A DNA stretch of 64,000 nt from Deltaproteobacteria bacterium (GTDB taxonomy: Bacteria; Myxococcota_A; Polyangia; Polyangiales; Houyiibacteriaceae), in contig JAXMNT010000010.1 of NCBI GenBank assembly GCA_034670305.1, positions 32,001 to 96,000 on the forward strand. The letters are read 5' to 3'. Below the pieces are notes generated by a model. It did no database searches. It saw only the letters and a list, made by a program, of their open reading frames with translations, and had not been told where the DNA came from. A program made the translations under genes and the position numbers. This document shows positions 47,395-57,630 of the stretch, one piece after another; positions within the stretch are counted from its first letter, which is position 1, and each line of letters begins with the position of its first letter.

Positions 47395-48260
47395 TAGATG
47401 TCCACCGCGAGGATCTTGCGGGACCAGATGATCCCGAGCAGCCAGAGCGTGAGCGCTGCGGCCAGAATCATGTACCCGACGAAGTTGGTGGTGAGCGGCT
47501 CGAGCCAGGTGCGGTCGATCCACGTGAGCAGAAGGGTCATGCCGAATGGAAGCACCGCGAGCACCACCGTCTGGCCCTTGCCTTCTGCGGTCTTGGTCCG
47601 GACCACACCTTCGAGTCGCGCCATCTCACGAAGCGACGAGGCGGACGTCTCCAGGATCTTCGGCAGGTCGCCACCGGTCTGGCGGGCGATGACCAGCGTC
47701 GCGAGCGCGCCGCTCACCACCTGGCTGCCAATGCGCTCCGACGCGTTGAGGACCGCTTGGTCGAGCGGGGTGCCGAGTTGGTTCTCTTTCACCAAGAGGT
47801 CGAGCTCTTCGCTCATCGGCGGCTGCACGAGGTTGACGGTGGAGTTGATCGCTTCACCAATCGCCGGGGTCGCCTTGAGCGCGTTGGCGAGCATCAGCAG
47901 CCACCCATCGAGCTGAATCTCGAGCTTCTCGATGCGCTGCTTCTTCTTGCTCGAGAGGCTGGCAAAGGGCGCGATGCCGACCAGCGCCGCCGCCACGACC
48001 GCCAGGACTTCGCCGGTCGCGGCGAAGACCAGAAGCAAGATCGAGATGATGATCGCCTGGTTGCGAGCGATCTCCGCACCGGTCTGTTTCAAGAGAAGAA
48101 ACTTCACGTACGCGTCGAGCTTGGAGACGTAGATGGCCCACTGGGTCTTGAGCGGACTGTTGGGCAGCGAGATCGCCAGGTAGATCGCGAGGAAGGATCC
48201 GACCGCCATCAAGCCGATCGCCACCCACCCGCTGACTGGACTTGCGAAGAACTCGTTCAT
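47394..48260 (-). CDS. tadB: Tad inner-membrane platform protein TadB
   Basis: LANALKA, ENQLGTPLDQA, QTGGDL, KTAEGK. Confidence 0.85.
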   Translation of the reverse strand: MNEFFASPVSGWVAIGLMAVGSFLAIYLAISLPNSPLKTQWAIYVSKLDAYVKFLLLKQTGAEIARNQAIIISILLLVFAATGEVLAVVAAALVGIAPFASLSSKKKQRIEKLEIQLDGWLLMLANALKATPAIGEAINSTVNLVQPPMSEELDLLVKENQLGTPLDQAVLNASERIGSQVVSGALATLVIARQTGGDLPKILETSASSLREMARLEGVVRTKTAEGKGQTVVLAVLPFGMTLLLTWIDRTWLEPLTTNFVGYMILAAALTLWLLGIIWSRKILAVDI

Positions 48261-49981
48261 CAGAGGTACTCCCCGTCGCCATCAACCAATCCGTAGGTGA
48301 TGAACTCATCGAGGAACGAGGGCAGGTAGCCGCTCGCTCGGTACTCACCGGTCACGGTCCCGTCTTCTTGGGTGCCGGTCCGGTGGTAGGCGAAGATGTC
48401 GTTGAGGATCCAGTCGCCCTTTTCGTCGAGCCCACTGACCTCGGTGATGTAGCTGACCCGGCGGGAGCCGTCGCTGAATCGGCTCTGCTGGACGATGAGG
48501 TGCACCGAGCCCGCGATCTGCTCTCGGATCGCGCGACCGGGTAGGTCGATGCCGCTCATGAGACAGAGCGTCTCGAGACGGGCGACCGCTTCGAGCGGAG
48601 AGTTCGCGTGGGTCGTGGTCATCGAACCTTCGTGACCCGTGTTCATGGCCTGGAGCATGTCGAGCGCTTCGCCGCCACGACACTCACCGACCACGATCCG
48701 GTCCGGACGCATACGAAGTGCGTTCTTCACGAGATCGCGAATCGAGAACTCGCCCTTGCCTTCCATGTTGGCAGGCCGGGTCTCGAGGGAGACGACGTGC
48801 GGCTGATCCAACCGCAGTTCCGCCGCATCTTCGATCGTGACCACGCGCTCGCGCATGGGAATGGCGGCGGAGAGGACGTTGAGCAGAGTGGTCTTGCCCG
48901 AGCCGGTGCCGCCGGAGATGACGACGTTCTTCCGTACCTGCACAGACCGCACGAGGAACGTGGCCATCCGCTGCGTCAAGCTGCCGAAACGCACCAGGTC
49001 CGCGATCCGGAGTGGGTTCTTCTGGAACTTACGAATCGTGATGCACGCGCCGTTGATGGCGAGCGGCTTGATGATCGCGTTCACACGCGAGCCGTCTTTG
49101 AGGCGCGCGTCCACGAGCGGGGTGGACTCGTCGATGCGACGGCCGAGCGGCGTGACGATGCGTTCGATGACCGCGCGCGCGGACTCGTCGTCCGTGAACC
49201 GCAAGTCGGTCGCCCAGAGCTTGCCGCCCTTCTCGATGTAGATCTTCGAGGGATGGACGACCATGATCTCTGAGCAGTCTTCGTCGGCGAGCAGCCGCTC
49301 GAGCGGGCCGAGCCCCAGCGCTTCGTCTGCCATCTCCCGCATGAACGCGTTCTTGTCGGCGTTCGGCGGGATGTCGTGCACGAGCTGCTGCAGGATGCGG
49401 CCAAGCGCGGCAAGCACCTTCGGCCGCATGGACGCGTCGTCCATGTTCGACCGATCGAGGCTCACCAGATCGAGATGGTCCAACAGCATCCGGTGCACCC
49501 GGCGTCGCAGCTCCGCTGCAATGTCGGCGGTGCCGCCCGCGATCTGGAGCACGTCCTCGCCGGCATCGTTCTTCACCGTCCGTTCGGTCGGATCCTTGTG
49601 CGGCTTGGCGGGTTTGGGCGGAGGTGCAGCGGCGGCGGGCGCGGCTTGCGGCGCTGCGGCCCTCGAAGGCGGTGGGTCACCAATGCGGCGCAGCCGGACC
49701 AGGTACGGTCCGATCTGGAGCGGAATGTTCGGCGGGGTGTCGACCTTGGATCGTTTGACACGCTGAGTACCCATCAGGGTCCCGTTCGCGCTTTGATCGG
49801 TGAGCTTGAACCCGCGCTCTGAGGGCTCGACGATCAAGTGCCGCCGGCTGACCTCGGGAGAGGGCAGCACGACGTGGCAACTTGGATCCCGGCCGATGAC
49901 GACAGGACCATGCGCCTGGATCGGCAGCTCCTCGACGCTTCCGTCGGGCATTTCGATCGACAGCAGGACTCCCGTCGTCAT
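48260..49981 (-). CDS. tadA: FHA-fused CpaF/TadA ATPase
   Basis: Canonical FHA (IGR, SRRH, SANGT); [35 protein letters not shown]. Confidence 0.92.
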   Translation of the reverse strand: MTTGVLLSIEMPDGSVEELPIQAHGPVVIGRDPSCHVVLPSPEVSRRHLIVEPSERGFKLTDQSANGTLMGTQRVKRSKVDTPPNIPLQIGPYLVRLRRIGDPPPSRAAAPQAAPAAAAPPPKPAKPHKDPTERTVKNDAGEDVLQIAGGTADIAAELRRRVHRMLLDHLDLVSLDRSNMDDASMRPKVLAALGRILQQLVHDIPPNADKNAFMREMADEALGLGPLERLLADEDCSEIMVVHPSKIYIEKGGKLWATDLRFTDDESARAVIERIVTPLGRRIDESTPLVDARLKDGSRVNAIIKPLAINGACITIRKFQKNPLRIADLVRFGSLTQRMATFLVRSVQVRKNVVISGGTGSGKTTLLNVLSAAIPMRERVVTIEDAAELRLDQPHVVSLETRPANMEGKGEFSIRDLVKNALRMRPDRIVVGECRGGEALDMLQAMNTGHEGSMTTTHANSPLEAVARLETLCLMSGIDLPGRAIREQIAGSVHLIVQQSRFSDGSRRVSYITEVSGLDEKGDWILNDIFAYHRTGTQEDGTVTGEYRASGYLPSFLDEFITYGLVDGDGEYL

Positions 49982-49984
49982 CTC

Positions 49985-51175
49985 TCAGTCTTCGGCGGGC
50001 GTGGTTCGCGGAGCGACGCCTTGCACACGGGGCTGTTCCATCAGTTCGACTTCATCCACGCCGCCGCGGTACTCCTCGTACAGACGAATGGCTTCTTGGA
50101 TGCGGTTGCGCTGCTGGAGCGGAATCGCGTTCACGACGCTCGGAACGATGAACATGAGCGCTTCGCTCTCTTCGAACCGGCGCGAGTGGCTGCCGAAGAG
50201 GGCACCGAGCACGGGGATCTGGCTGAGGCCGGGAAGGCCCGAGCGGTTGCGGCCCTCGGAGCGGGAGATGAGCCCACCGAGCACGATGGTCTGACCGAGC
50301 TCGAGGTTCACGATGGTGTTCAGGGTCGAGGTGGTTCTGCCAGGAATGCCGGTGCCGCGGTCGTCCGCGAGGTCCGACACGTTCGCCTGGATGCGAAGTT
50401 CGATGCGGCCGGTCTCCGGATCGTACCGAGGCTGGCACTGGATCTCGGTGCCGAACTCGATCTTCTGAACCTGGCCGGAGAGCGCGCCCTGCACCGCAAC
50501 GTTGATCTCGCCGCCAGCGCTGAACTGCGCATCGGTGCCGTTGGCGGTGATGAGCGCGGCCTGTCGGTAGAGGCGGGCCCAACCGTTGCTCTGTGCGATG
50601 TCGATGCGGGGGAGCGCCGACTGGAGCGCCAGCGTCACTTGGCTCTCGACTGACTCGCCGGTCGCCCACTGCGTCTGGATCTGCGCGGTGCTCTGGTTGG
50701 AGCCGATCGAGCCGGGGAAGTTGATGCCGATCGCGTGGCTGTAGGTGTCGGAGAGAAGGACGAAGTACAGGTCGAGACGGATGTTCTCGCGCGCTTGCAC
50801 GCCGCCCTGCTCTTCTTCGACTTCGCCGCCGGGCACCGTGATTCGGTACTGGACCTGGGAGCCGTCGCGCATGATGAGGAGAAGAGACGTGTCGCCGGGC
50901 CGCTGGCCGACGATGACGAATCGGCTCTGGTCGTCGGTGAGACGCACCTGGACGATGCCGCGCGCGCCTTCGGAGTAGGAGCGGACGCCGTCGGCAGAGA
51001 TGGTCTCTTGCTCACCCACTTCGACGGTCAGCTCGCGCGGTCCCTGCTGCTGGGCAGAGGCCATGCTGGCCGACGCGAGCACACACGCCGTGGCGAGCCG
51101 GAACAACGTCGTGCTGCCGGTGACACCACTGGCTCGCTTCGCGAGACTGCGCGCTGTCGGTTTTCTCGATTGCAT
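49985..51175 (-). CDS. cpaC: Tad secretin (CpaC/RcpA-like)
   Basis: Signal peptide; pilus N-domain (IVGQRPGDTSLL); secretin signature GQTIVLGGL...LPGLSQIPVLGALF. Confidence 0.85.
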   Translation of the reverse strand: MQSRKPTARSLAKRASGVTGSTTLFRLATACVLASASMASAQQQGPRELTVEVGEQETISADGVRSYSEGARGIVQVRLTDDQSRFVIVGQRPGDTSLLLIMRDGSQVQYRITVPGGEVEEEQGGVQARENIRLDLYFVLLSDTYSHAIGINFPGSIGSNQSTAQIQTQWATGESVESQVTLALQSALPRIDIAQSNGWARLYRQAALITANGTDAQFSAGGEINVAVQGALSGQVQKIEFGTEIQCQPRYDPETGRIELRIQANVSDLADDRGTGIPGRTTSTLNTIVNLELGQTIVLGGLISRSEGRNRSGLPGLSQIPVLGALFGSHSRRFEESEALMFIVPSVVNAIPLQQRNRIQEAIRLYEEYRGGVDEVELMEQPRVQGVAPRTTPAED

Positions 51176-51972
51176 CACTCGATCCTCATGATGGTTTCCA
51201 TTGTCTGTCGCCGACGCTGAATCTTCTGCCGGAACTCGGCTTCGATGAGGTCGGTGTCGGTCGTCTCGGGCACACCCTCGACGATGGCCACATCGTCGGG
51301 GTTTCGAAGCACGAGCTGCAGCAGCCCGCGGTCCCGCGCGTGGGTGAGCATGGTGGCCTGTTCGAGCGTCACCGCAAGGCTGACGTCTCGGCCGCGTCGG
51401 CTGGAGCTGGCCTGGTTCTCGTCGGCCTGGGTCTGGTCGGGACCACCGGTGTCGGTGCCGACCGCGAGCACGAGCACGTTCTGAAGCAGAGGCACGGTGA
51501 CGCGGGTCTCGTCGACGGATCCCGGCCGCGTGGCCGTGAGCAGCACATCCACGCGGTCGCCCGCACGGAGCAATCCACCGAACGCACTGGTGACACCGGT
51601 GCGAACGGTCATGGCACGCATGCCCTCGCGCAACAGGGTCGCCAGGTCGCGGCGCTCGCTGCCCGAGGTCGCCAGGTCGGACCACAACAAGGATTGGTTG
51701 GCACGAAGGGCGGCGTTCACGCGCACCCCGAGCACCCGACGCAAGTCGGAGACCCGCACGTGGCGATCCTCGACGTACGCTTCAGGGAGCGGTCGGGCAG
51801 AGACGTTGGTGTCGGTCAGGGGTTCCCCGATCGCCATGTCCGAGTTGACCATGAGGACTTCGATGGGTTCTCCACCAGCGGCCTCGGTTTCGAATCGACG
51901 CATGTACAGGCCGAAGAGAGCGACTCCGACGAGTGCGACGACTACAGCTGCAAGCAGCGCGGTCTTGTTCAT
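51175..51972 (-). CDS. cpaB: Flp pilus assembly protein CpaB/RcpC
   Basis: N-terminal TM, SAF-like domain, GMRAMTV, GDRVDV, LQNVLVLAVG, LVLRNP. Confidence 0.9.
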   Translation of the reverse strand: MNKTALLAAVVVALVGVALFGLYMRRFETEAAGGEPIEVLMVNSDMAIGEPLTDTNVSARPLPEAYVEDRHVRVSDLRRVLGVRVNAALRANQSLLWSDLATSGSERRDLATLLREGMRAMTVRTGVTSAFGGLLRAGDRVDVLLTATRPGSVDETRVTVPLLQNVLVLAVGTDTGGPDQTQADENQASSSRRGRDVSLAVTLEQATMLTHARDRGLLQLVLRNPDDVAIVEGVPETTDTDLIEAEFRQKIQRRRQTMETIMRIE

Positions 51973-52072
51973 TCTACCTCACCCAGCGTCTTCCAAAACC
52001 CCGTGTGGGGCCCGACGCGAAGGTACCTCAGACCGGGGGTGCGCGGAAGCGCGATCCGATCGTGAACGCGGT

Positions 52073-53053
52073 TTACGGTTCTTGGTCCGAGCTGAGGATG
52101 CTGGCGCTTGTGACGCCTTCCGACTCGGTGAAAAGTAGGGTGATCACACGGTCGCCCTGGGAGACGGCGAATGTCTCTGCGCCATCGACGGTCACCCGCT
52201 CGCCAGCTCGGCCAGCCAGTTCTTGCCAGCCAGCCTCCGGGAGGCGGGCGCGGTACCAAGTGTTCAGTTCTTCGGGCGAATGATCCTCGGTCGCGTAGAG
52301 GGTCATGCCGTAGGGCTGGCCCGCCACTCGAGAGGACAGGAGCCGCCGCGAATCCGGAGGACGCGGGATGCCATCGACATCGGAGCCAACCGCATCGCCT
52401 TCGGCGGGAAACATCTCGTAGATGTTGATCGGGCTGTCCGTGTACATCGAGATGATCTGCGAGACCTCTTGGTCGCCGTCCCGGTGTCGTTCGACGTAGG
52501 CGTAGCGGAGCGCGCCCACCTCGGAGAGATCGCCGCTGTCCAAGAACGCCGCCACGCGCTCGGCGATCGACGCCGCGTCGCCGTTGTCGTGGTTCTCGCC
52601 GGGGTCGAGACAGGCGACGAAGGCCGTCGGTCCGAAGTCGTGACGAATCACCGAGTCCGAATCGGCCGGGTCACCGGCGCCGAGCGTTCCGACCGCCTGC
52701 ATCTCGGCGATCTGCTCGTGCATGCGGTCGAGCTCCATGCACTTGGCTTCGAAATGGTCGAGCACCGCGTCGACCGGCTGGCGCACCGAGCCACTCATCA
52801 GGTGCACGACGGCGCCGTTGAACTCGACGTCGCGCACCACACCCTGGGTCGATCCCGGGTAGCGCATCAGTTCCGCGCCGAGCCCGAGCATGACCTCGTG
52901 CACATCCGCTTCGGCCTGACGGACCGCGAGGTAGGCGAATCCGGCCCACACCGCGAGCAGGAAGACGAGCACGCGGAGCAGCGCTGGAAGTTTGCGGAGC
53001 GAGCGGCGGGCAAAGCCTTCGCGCGGCTTCGTCGGTGTCTTGGTCGTGGCCAT
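52073..53053 (-). CDS. hypothetical membrane-anchored protein in Tad locus
   Basis: 326 aa, one N-terminal TM, TGATG-coupled to the upstream tadE-like gene. Confidence 0.75.
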   Translation of the reverse strand: MATTKTPTKPREGFARRSLRKLPALLRVLVFLLAVWAGFAYLAVRQAEADVHEVMLGLGAELMRYPGSTQGVVRDVEFNGAVVHLMSGSVRQPVDAVLDHFEAKCMELDRMHEQIAEMQAVGTLGAGDPADSDSVIRHDFGPTAFVACLDPGENHDNGDAASIAERVAAFLDSGDLSEVGALRYAYVERHRDGDQEVSQIISMYTDSPINIYEMFPAEGDAVGSDVDGIPRPPDSRRLLSSRVAGQPYGMTLYATEDHSPEELNTWYRARLPEAGWQELAGRAGERVTVDGAETFAVSQGDRVITLLFTESEGVTSASILSSDQEP

Positions 53054-53598
53054 CAGAAGATGTCTCCGATGATGCCGTCCCAGACGTCGCCGAGGATCGA
53101 GCCGATGGTTTGACGTTCCGGGTTGCAGACCATCGTGTAGCCCGATGAGACATCCACCGTGCCTCCCCCCAGATACGCTGGTCGATCGTACGACGCGTTG
53201 CCGAATCGGGTGACCTGGCCTCCGAAGAGCCCATCGAGCAGGCTGCCGAGCACGCCACTGAGCGCGCCACCGACGATGCCTTCACCACCGATGTCGGAGA
53301 CGGCACCGCGCAGGTCGCCCATCGCCGTGCCGTCGTCGGTCGGGAATCCTTCGGCGGTGGCGGAACAACTCGGACATCCGGACTCGTCGCCGGCGCCGCA
53401 ATCGCTGAATGCCGCGGCCCAACCGGCTTGCCGGGACTCCGCCATGGAGATCGTCTTCGCGATGGCGCTGTCGTGCACCATGTAGAAGAGCGCGAACACC
53501 AAGATGTACACCGGCAGCATCACGACTGCTTCGGTGTAGGCGGCGCCCTTCTCATCGGCGTGCAGGGTCTTGCGCTGGGTCTGACGTACGATCTTCAT
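53053..53598 (-). CDS. TadE-like minor pilin
   Basis: EKG|AAYTE prepilin site followed by a hydrophobic helix. Confidence 0.8.
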   Translation of the reverse strand: MKIVRQTQRKTLHADEKGAAYTEAVVMLPVYILVFALFYMVHDSAIAKTISMAESRQAGWAAAFSDCGAGDESGCPSCSATAEGFPTDDGTAMGDLRGAVSDIGGEGIVGGALSGVLGSLLDGLFGGQVTRFGNASYDRPAYLGGGTVDVSSGYTMVCNPERQTIGSILGDVWDGIIGDIF

Positions 53599-53607
53599 GG
53601 TCGTTCC

Positions 53608-55803
53608 CTAGTGCGAGAAGAGGTTTCCGAGGAGGGCACCAAACCCGCCTCCGCTGCCACAGGATCCGCCTCCGCCACCACCGGCGCATGCGTCTTCGAT
53701 GGAACCCTCGTCCGCGTCGCCGAAGCTCACGCGACGCAGCCGTGCCATCCAGGACATGTCCCACATCCACTCGGTGCGGCCATGGTCGAGGCCACCTTCC
53801 CAAGTCTCGGTCTGGTTCCAGAAGTACTCCGCCTGGGCCACGCTGAAGCGAGACACCTGGCGTGCGAACGACATGAACTCTCCGACCGTACCGCCGCCGC
53901 CATCGGCCTCGGATCGATCGGTCGCGGCGATCGCCACCCCGTTGTGACCCTGCCGCGACGCGTTCTGGCCCACGACGATGCCGCGCAGCTGGAAGTCGTC
54001 GTCGCCGAGGTAGAGGTCGCCTTCGGTCGAGTCCGGGCAGTCGGTCGAGATGAACGCGCTGTTGCGGTAGCGGCACACCTGCTTGGGACAGCCCCACGCG
54101 CTCGAGCCACCGCAGCTGCCATCGCCCGGCGAGTCACCGAGTTCGAGGGAGACCTCTTCGGTGGTGGTCTTGGTGCAGCTCGAGATCTCGTAGACGATCT
54201 GAACCATCTCCGTGAAACTCTCGACGTCGCTCGGACGTCCCGAAGTCTGCATGCGCCGGAGCGCGTTGGCTTCGGTGGGGAGCGCGTCGCACTGACCCGC
54301 GCAGAGGAGGGGATCGGCGGTGCCACGACAGGGGTTGGTCGGCGCTTCGTATCGGCATGCCGCGCGCCAGGGCGACGACTGCGGACCCCAGAGGGACGGC
54401 CTTCCGAAGCCGGGCCCGTAACACTGGCGGATGTCGTCCCGCCGCTCGGGGCGGCCTTCCACCAGACCCTGGTTCATGTCGTTGCGCTGAATGTCCATGA
54501 ACCGGACCTGACAAGTGCCGCTGCTCGTATCCTTGTAATAAGCGCGGTAGCGGTTCTCGAGCACGTACTGGATGTTCTCCAGGTTGCGGTCTCGGTCCTT
54601 GCGGCAGGTGTTGGCGGCCTGGTTGGCGTTCGCGATGCACTGGCTGTATTCCGAGCCGGTGAGCTGCGGCGAGAATCCGAACGAACCCACACCACCGCGG
54701 GACGAATCCGGTCCCGAACCCTTGTCGCCACATGCGCCGCGGGGCACGGCGTCGGCTGCGTCTTCACAGCTGCCGGGATCGCACTCGAGAATGCTCACCA
54801 CCCGCAGCGAAGCGGTGTAGTCCTCGCACACGCTCTCCCGAGCGCTCTGGCATGCGGGTGAGTCTCGGCTCGACCGACATGGATCGCACCCCGAGTAGGG
54901 TTCGACGTCTCCGGTGTCCGGATCGATGCAGCTGTGCGCGCACGCTTGTTGGACCGCGCTCTCGGGGAAGCCCACCGTGGTCTCGGTGCCGAAGGAAGGT
55001 GGCTCACTCGAGTCCCCGTCGCTGGCGCCGCAGTAGTAGGCCTTGAGGGGTGTGAGGATCGCGCCGATCGAACCGCTCACGGCACTGCCGATCGCACCGC
55101 CGACCACTGGGATCGCTTCGAACGGCGCCGCCACGACGTCCTTCACCATCTTGCCACCGCGGTCGCAGGTCTCGCGTAAACGATCGTCGTCGACGGGTAA
55201 ACGCCCCCACACCGGCCACACGAATCCGAACTCCGAGGGTGGCGAATACGCAGAGGCCCGCGACATGTCGACCGCGCGCACTTGAGAGAGCGCTGGCCAG
55301 ACGAGCGCGATCACGTCCTGTGCTTTGGACGCCACCTTGGTGATCTTCTGCACCGCGGTCTCGACGCGGTTGATGATGTTGTTCAGGCGGATGTTGATGT
55401 TGGCGAGCGTCGGCAACACGGCGCAGCCGATGCCTGGGAAGAAGCACAAGCCCGTGGCGATCGCGGTGCCGATCGCCACCAGCACCTGCGCGACCCGGAG
55501 CGCGAGAAGCACGGCCACGGCAACAGCCATGATGATGTTGAGCAGCACGATGAGGTTCATGCCGCGGGCATTCATCGACGCGCCGGCGAATGACGTCGCG
55601 TCGGCGGCGTCCTGCATCGCTTCGCGGTGAATCACCGCCTCGGTGATGCCCACGATGTAGTAGAGGAGCGCCACCAAGAACACGGCCATGAACAGGCCCA
55701 TGATCATGATCGCGCCGCCCTTGTCCTCGTGGAGCGAGCGCGACTCGTCGTCGAGCGCATCCACGTCCACAACGGCGGGTACGTGTCGGGTTCGTCGGAT
55801 CAT
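53608..55803 (-). CDS. TadG-like large pseudopilin with Cys-rich domain
   Basis: KGG|AIMIM, MQDAADA Tad motif, many Cys; no vWA motif seen. Confidence 0.8.
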   Translation of the reverse strand: MIRRTRHVPAVVDVDALDDESRSLHEDKGGAIMIMGLFMAVFLVALLYYIVGITEAVIHREAMQDAADATSFAGASMNARGMNLIVLLNIIMAVAVAVLLALRVAQVLVAIGTAIATGLCFFPGIGCAVLPTLANINIRLNNIINRVETAVQKITKVASKAQDVIALVWPALSQVRAVDMSRASAYSPPSEFGFVWPVWGRLPVDDDRLRETCDRGGKMVKDVVAAPFEAIPVVGGAIGSAVSGSIGAILTPLKAYYCGASDGDSSEPPSFGTETTVGFPESAVQQACAHSCIDPDTGDVEPYSGCDPCRSSRDSPACQSARESVCEDYTASLRVVSILECDPGSCEDAADAVPRGACGDKGSGPDSSRGGVGSFGFSPQLTGSEYSQCIANANQAANTCRKDRDRNLENIQYVLENRYRAYYKDTSSGTCQVRFMDIQRNDMNQGLVEGRPERRDDIRQCYGPGFGRPSLWGPQSSPWRAACRYEAPTNPCRGTADPLLCAGQCDALPTEANALRRMQTSGRPSDVESFTEMVQIVYEISSCTKTTTEEVSLELGDSPGDGSCGGSSAWGCPKQVCRYRNSAFISTDCPDSTEGDLYLGDDDFQLRGIVVGQNASRQGHNGVAIAATDRSEADGGGGTVGEFMSFARQVSRFSVAQAEYFWNQTETWEGGLDHGRTEWMWDMSWMARLRRVSFGDADEGSIEDACAGGGGGGSCGSGGGFGALLGNLFSH

Positions 55804-56810
55804 TCGCACAGCTCGCTTCGATGGCAGGCCGAACCTCGGCCGACGTGGCATTCCAGGTCGCGGTTGATGCAGGTGTTGCCGCAGGGCTTGCCGATGTTGC
55901 AGACCGGGCTGCAGGAAGTGACGCAGTCGCGGCTGCTGCTCGAGCCTCCGCCGGAGCTCGCGGTGTCGGCTTCGCCACCCTGTTCGCTCGCGTACTGGTA
56001 ACCGGCGCCCTGGTAGATGAGGGTGCTCTCGGCACGCAGGATCTGGAAACACGCGCCGGACAAGCTCGCCACCGCCGTGAAGAGGCCCGCGCCCTCGCCG
56101 AAGATCGGCATCATCGCGCCCGAGAGCTCGTGGTAGCCGTCCTCGCTCTGCGAGCTGAGGTTGATCGGCGAATCGCACATGAGCTGCGCCGCGAACGGCA
56201 CCGCGCAGTTGAAGAGGTACGTCACGCGGGTCGTGATCGGGACCGGCGTCACGGGCGGCGGTGAGGCAGGAAAGTTCTGCGCGCCACTCGTCTGGACCCC
56301 AGTCGCACCGGGTCCGGTCGGGAACGTCACCGCGACCGCGGTGAAGTTGTAGATGAGCCCGCTCAAGAATCGATAGTGGGCGTCGCCGATCGCGCCGCGC
56401 ACACTCTCGGCGCCGCCCCGACCGAGGTGGGAGGGCTGAGGCGCGATGCCGAGCAACGGCTTGTACGCCGCCCAGCGGATCGTGTTGAGGCGCGGATCCC
56501 CGTTGAAGGAGACCGCGCCGAAGATGTCGAACCCACCGAGCGTGGAGGGCGTGCCGCCGTCTCCCGAGTCGCTCCAGTTGATCTGGTGTTTGGGGGTCTC
56601 GCTGCCGCGGTAGCGCGCGGGATCGTCCGGAAGCACGACCACCGCCGAGCGCGCAGCGGCGTCGGCGGAGTGTTGAACGATGACGTCGGCCCCGTAGAGG
56701 AGACCGATCTGGGTCATGCCCAACCACAGCGTGAAGAGCGGCATGAACACCACCAGGAACTCGACGTAAACCGCGGCGCGGGTGTCGTCTCGAAGGCGCC
56801 GTCTCTTCAT
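55800..56810 (-). CDS. tadE: TadE-like minor pilin with C-terminal Cys-rich module
   Basis: RA|AVYVEF, hydrophobic helix, ADAAAR motif. Confidence 0.8.
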   Translation of the reverse strand: MKRRRLRDDTRAAVYVEFLVVFMPLFTLWLGMTQIGLLYGADVIVQHSADAAARSAVVVLPDDPARYRGSETPKHQINWSDSGDGGTPSTLGGFDIFGAVSFNGDPRLNTIRWAAYKPLLGIAPQPSHLGRGGAESVRGAIGDAHYRFLSGLIYNFTAVAVTFPTGPGATGVQTSGAQNFPASPPPVTPVPITTRVTYLFNCAVPFAAQLMCDSPINLSSQSEDGYHELSGAMMPIFGEGAGLFTAVASLSGACFQILRAESTLIYQGAGYQYASEQGGEADTASSGGGSSSSRDCVTSCSPVCNIGKPCGNTCINRDLECHVGRGSACHRSELCE

Positions 56811-56814
56811 GGCG

Positions 56815-57354
56815 TCAGCTCCAAAGTTCGGGGTGGTGGGAAAGTACGGATACGGAAGCGCCGATGAAGAACGCGCCCCCCATACGAACGGTGCTCATCA
56901 ACGAAGGAGGAACACGGCGGCGCCACGATTTGGGCATGAGGGGGTTGAGGGCCAGGAACACAGAATTGGAGAGGGTGCGGAAGAGTTTGCCTTCGTAGGC
57001 GAGTCGTCCAAACGCATAAAGCGCAGCCACGACGAAACCTGCGAGCTCGAACTCGAGCCCATTGGTCAGTCCCGCGACCGCGCCCATTGCGGCGACCAGT
57101 TTCAGGTCGCCTCCTCCGATCGCACGCAACTTCCAAAGAAGCCACGGGACGAAGGCACAGGCAGCCATCCCTCCAACGGAGGATGCCAGCCCCCAGAAAC
57201 CCTCTGCCAGCCCCCAAACGAGGGGGCCGATGAACAGAGGTGGGTACGTCAACCAGTTGGGGATTTCCCCCTTGCGCCAATCAGTGACTGCGGCAACGAA
57301 CGCGAGTCCGACCGCAGCACACTGACCAGCGAGGGTGACGTCCAGAGAGGGCAC
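56815..57354 (-). CDS. cpaA: A24 family prepilin peptidase (CpaA/TadV)
   Basis: TDWRKGEIPNWL and GGGDLKL catalytic Asp motifs. Confidence 0.9.
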   Translation of the reverse strand: MPSLDVTLAGQCAAVGLAFVAAVTDWRKGEIPNWLTYPPLFIGPLVWGLAEGFWGLASSVGGMAACAFVPWLLWKLRAIGGGDLKLVAAMGAVAGLTNGLEFELAGFVVAALYAFGRLAYEGKLFRTLSNSVFLALNPLMPKSWRRRVPPSLMSTVRMGGAFFIGASVSVLSHHPELWS

Positions 57355-57378
57355 GTCGGTTACGCCAACGTGCTGCGG

Positions 57379-57567
57379 TCAGCTACCGCGCAAGCCCTCG
57401 ATGTCGGTCGTCGACGTCGTCACGTTCTCACGTACCGCGTCGCCGAAGCTGCGCCACACCGTGATGGCGAGCACCGCGATGAGGACGAGAATGATGATGT
57501 ACTCGACCGTCGAAAGTCCTTCTTCGTTGGAAGCGAGCTTGGTCTGGAGGTTTCTTACGATCTTCAT
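57379..57567 (-). CDS. flp: Flp family major pilin
   Basis: EEG|LSTVEY followed by IIILVLIAVLAI; 62 aa. Confidence 0.9.
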   Translation of the reverse strand: MKIVRNLQTKLASNEEGLSTVEYIIILVLIAVLAITVWRSFGDAVRENVTTSTTDIEGLRGS

Positions 57568-57630
57568 TGTGGTGTCACCCTTGGTTTGGTCCGGTTTGGG
57601 GGTCCCGGCTCAGCCGGGTACCGCTCCACA

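Noticed and set aside
51973-52072. Possible c-di-GMP riboswitch in Tad intergenic or leader regions
   Set aside because: No GEMM-type consensus recognisable by eye here or at 57862-57967; an Rfam scan would settle it
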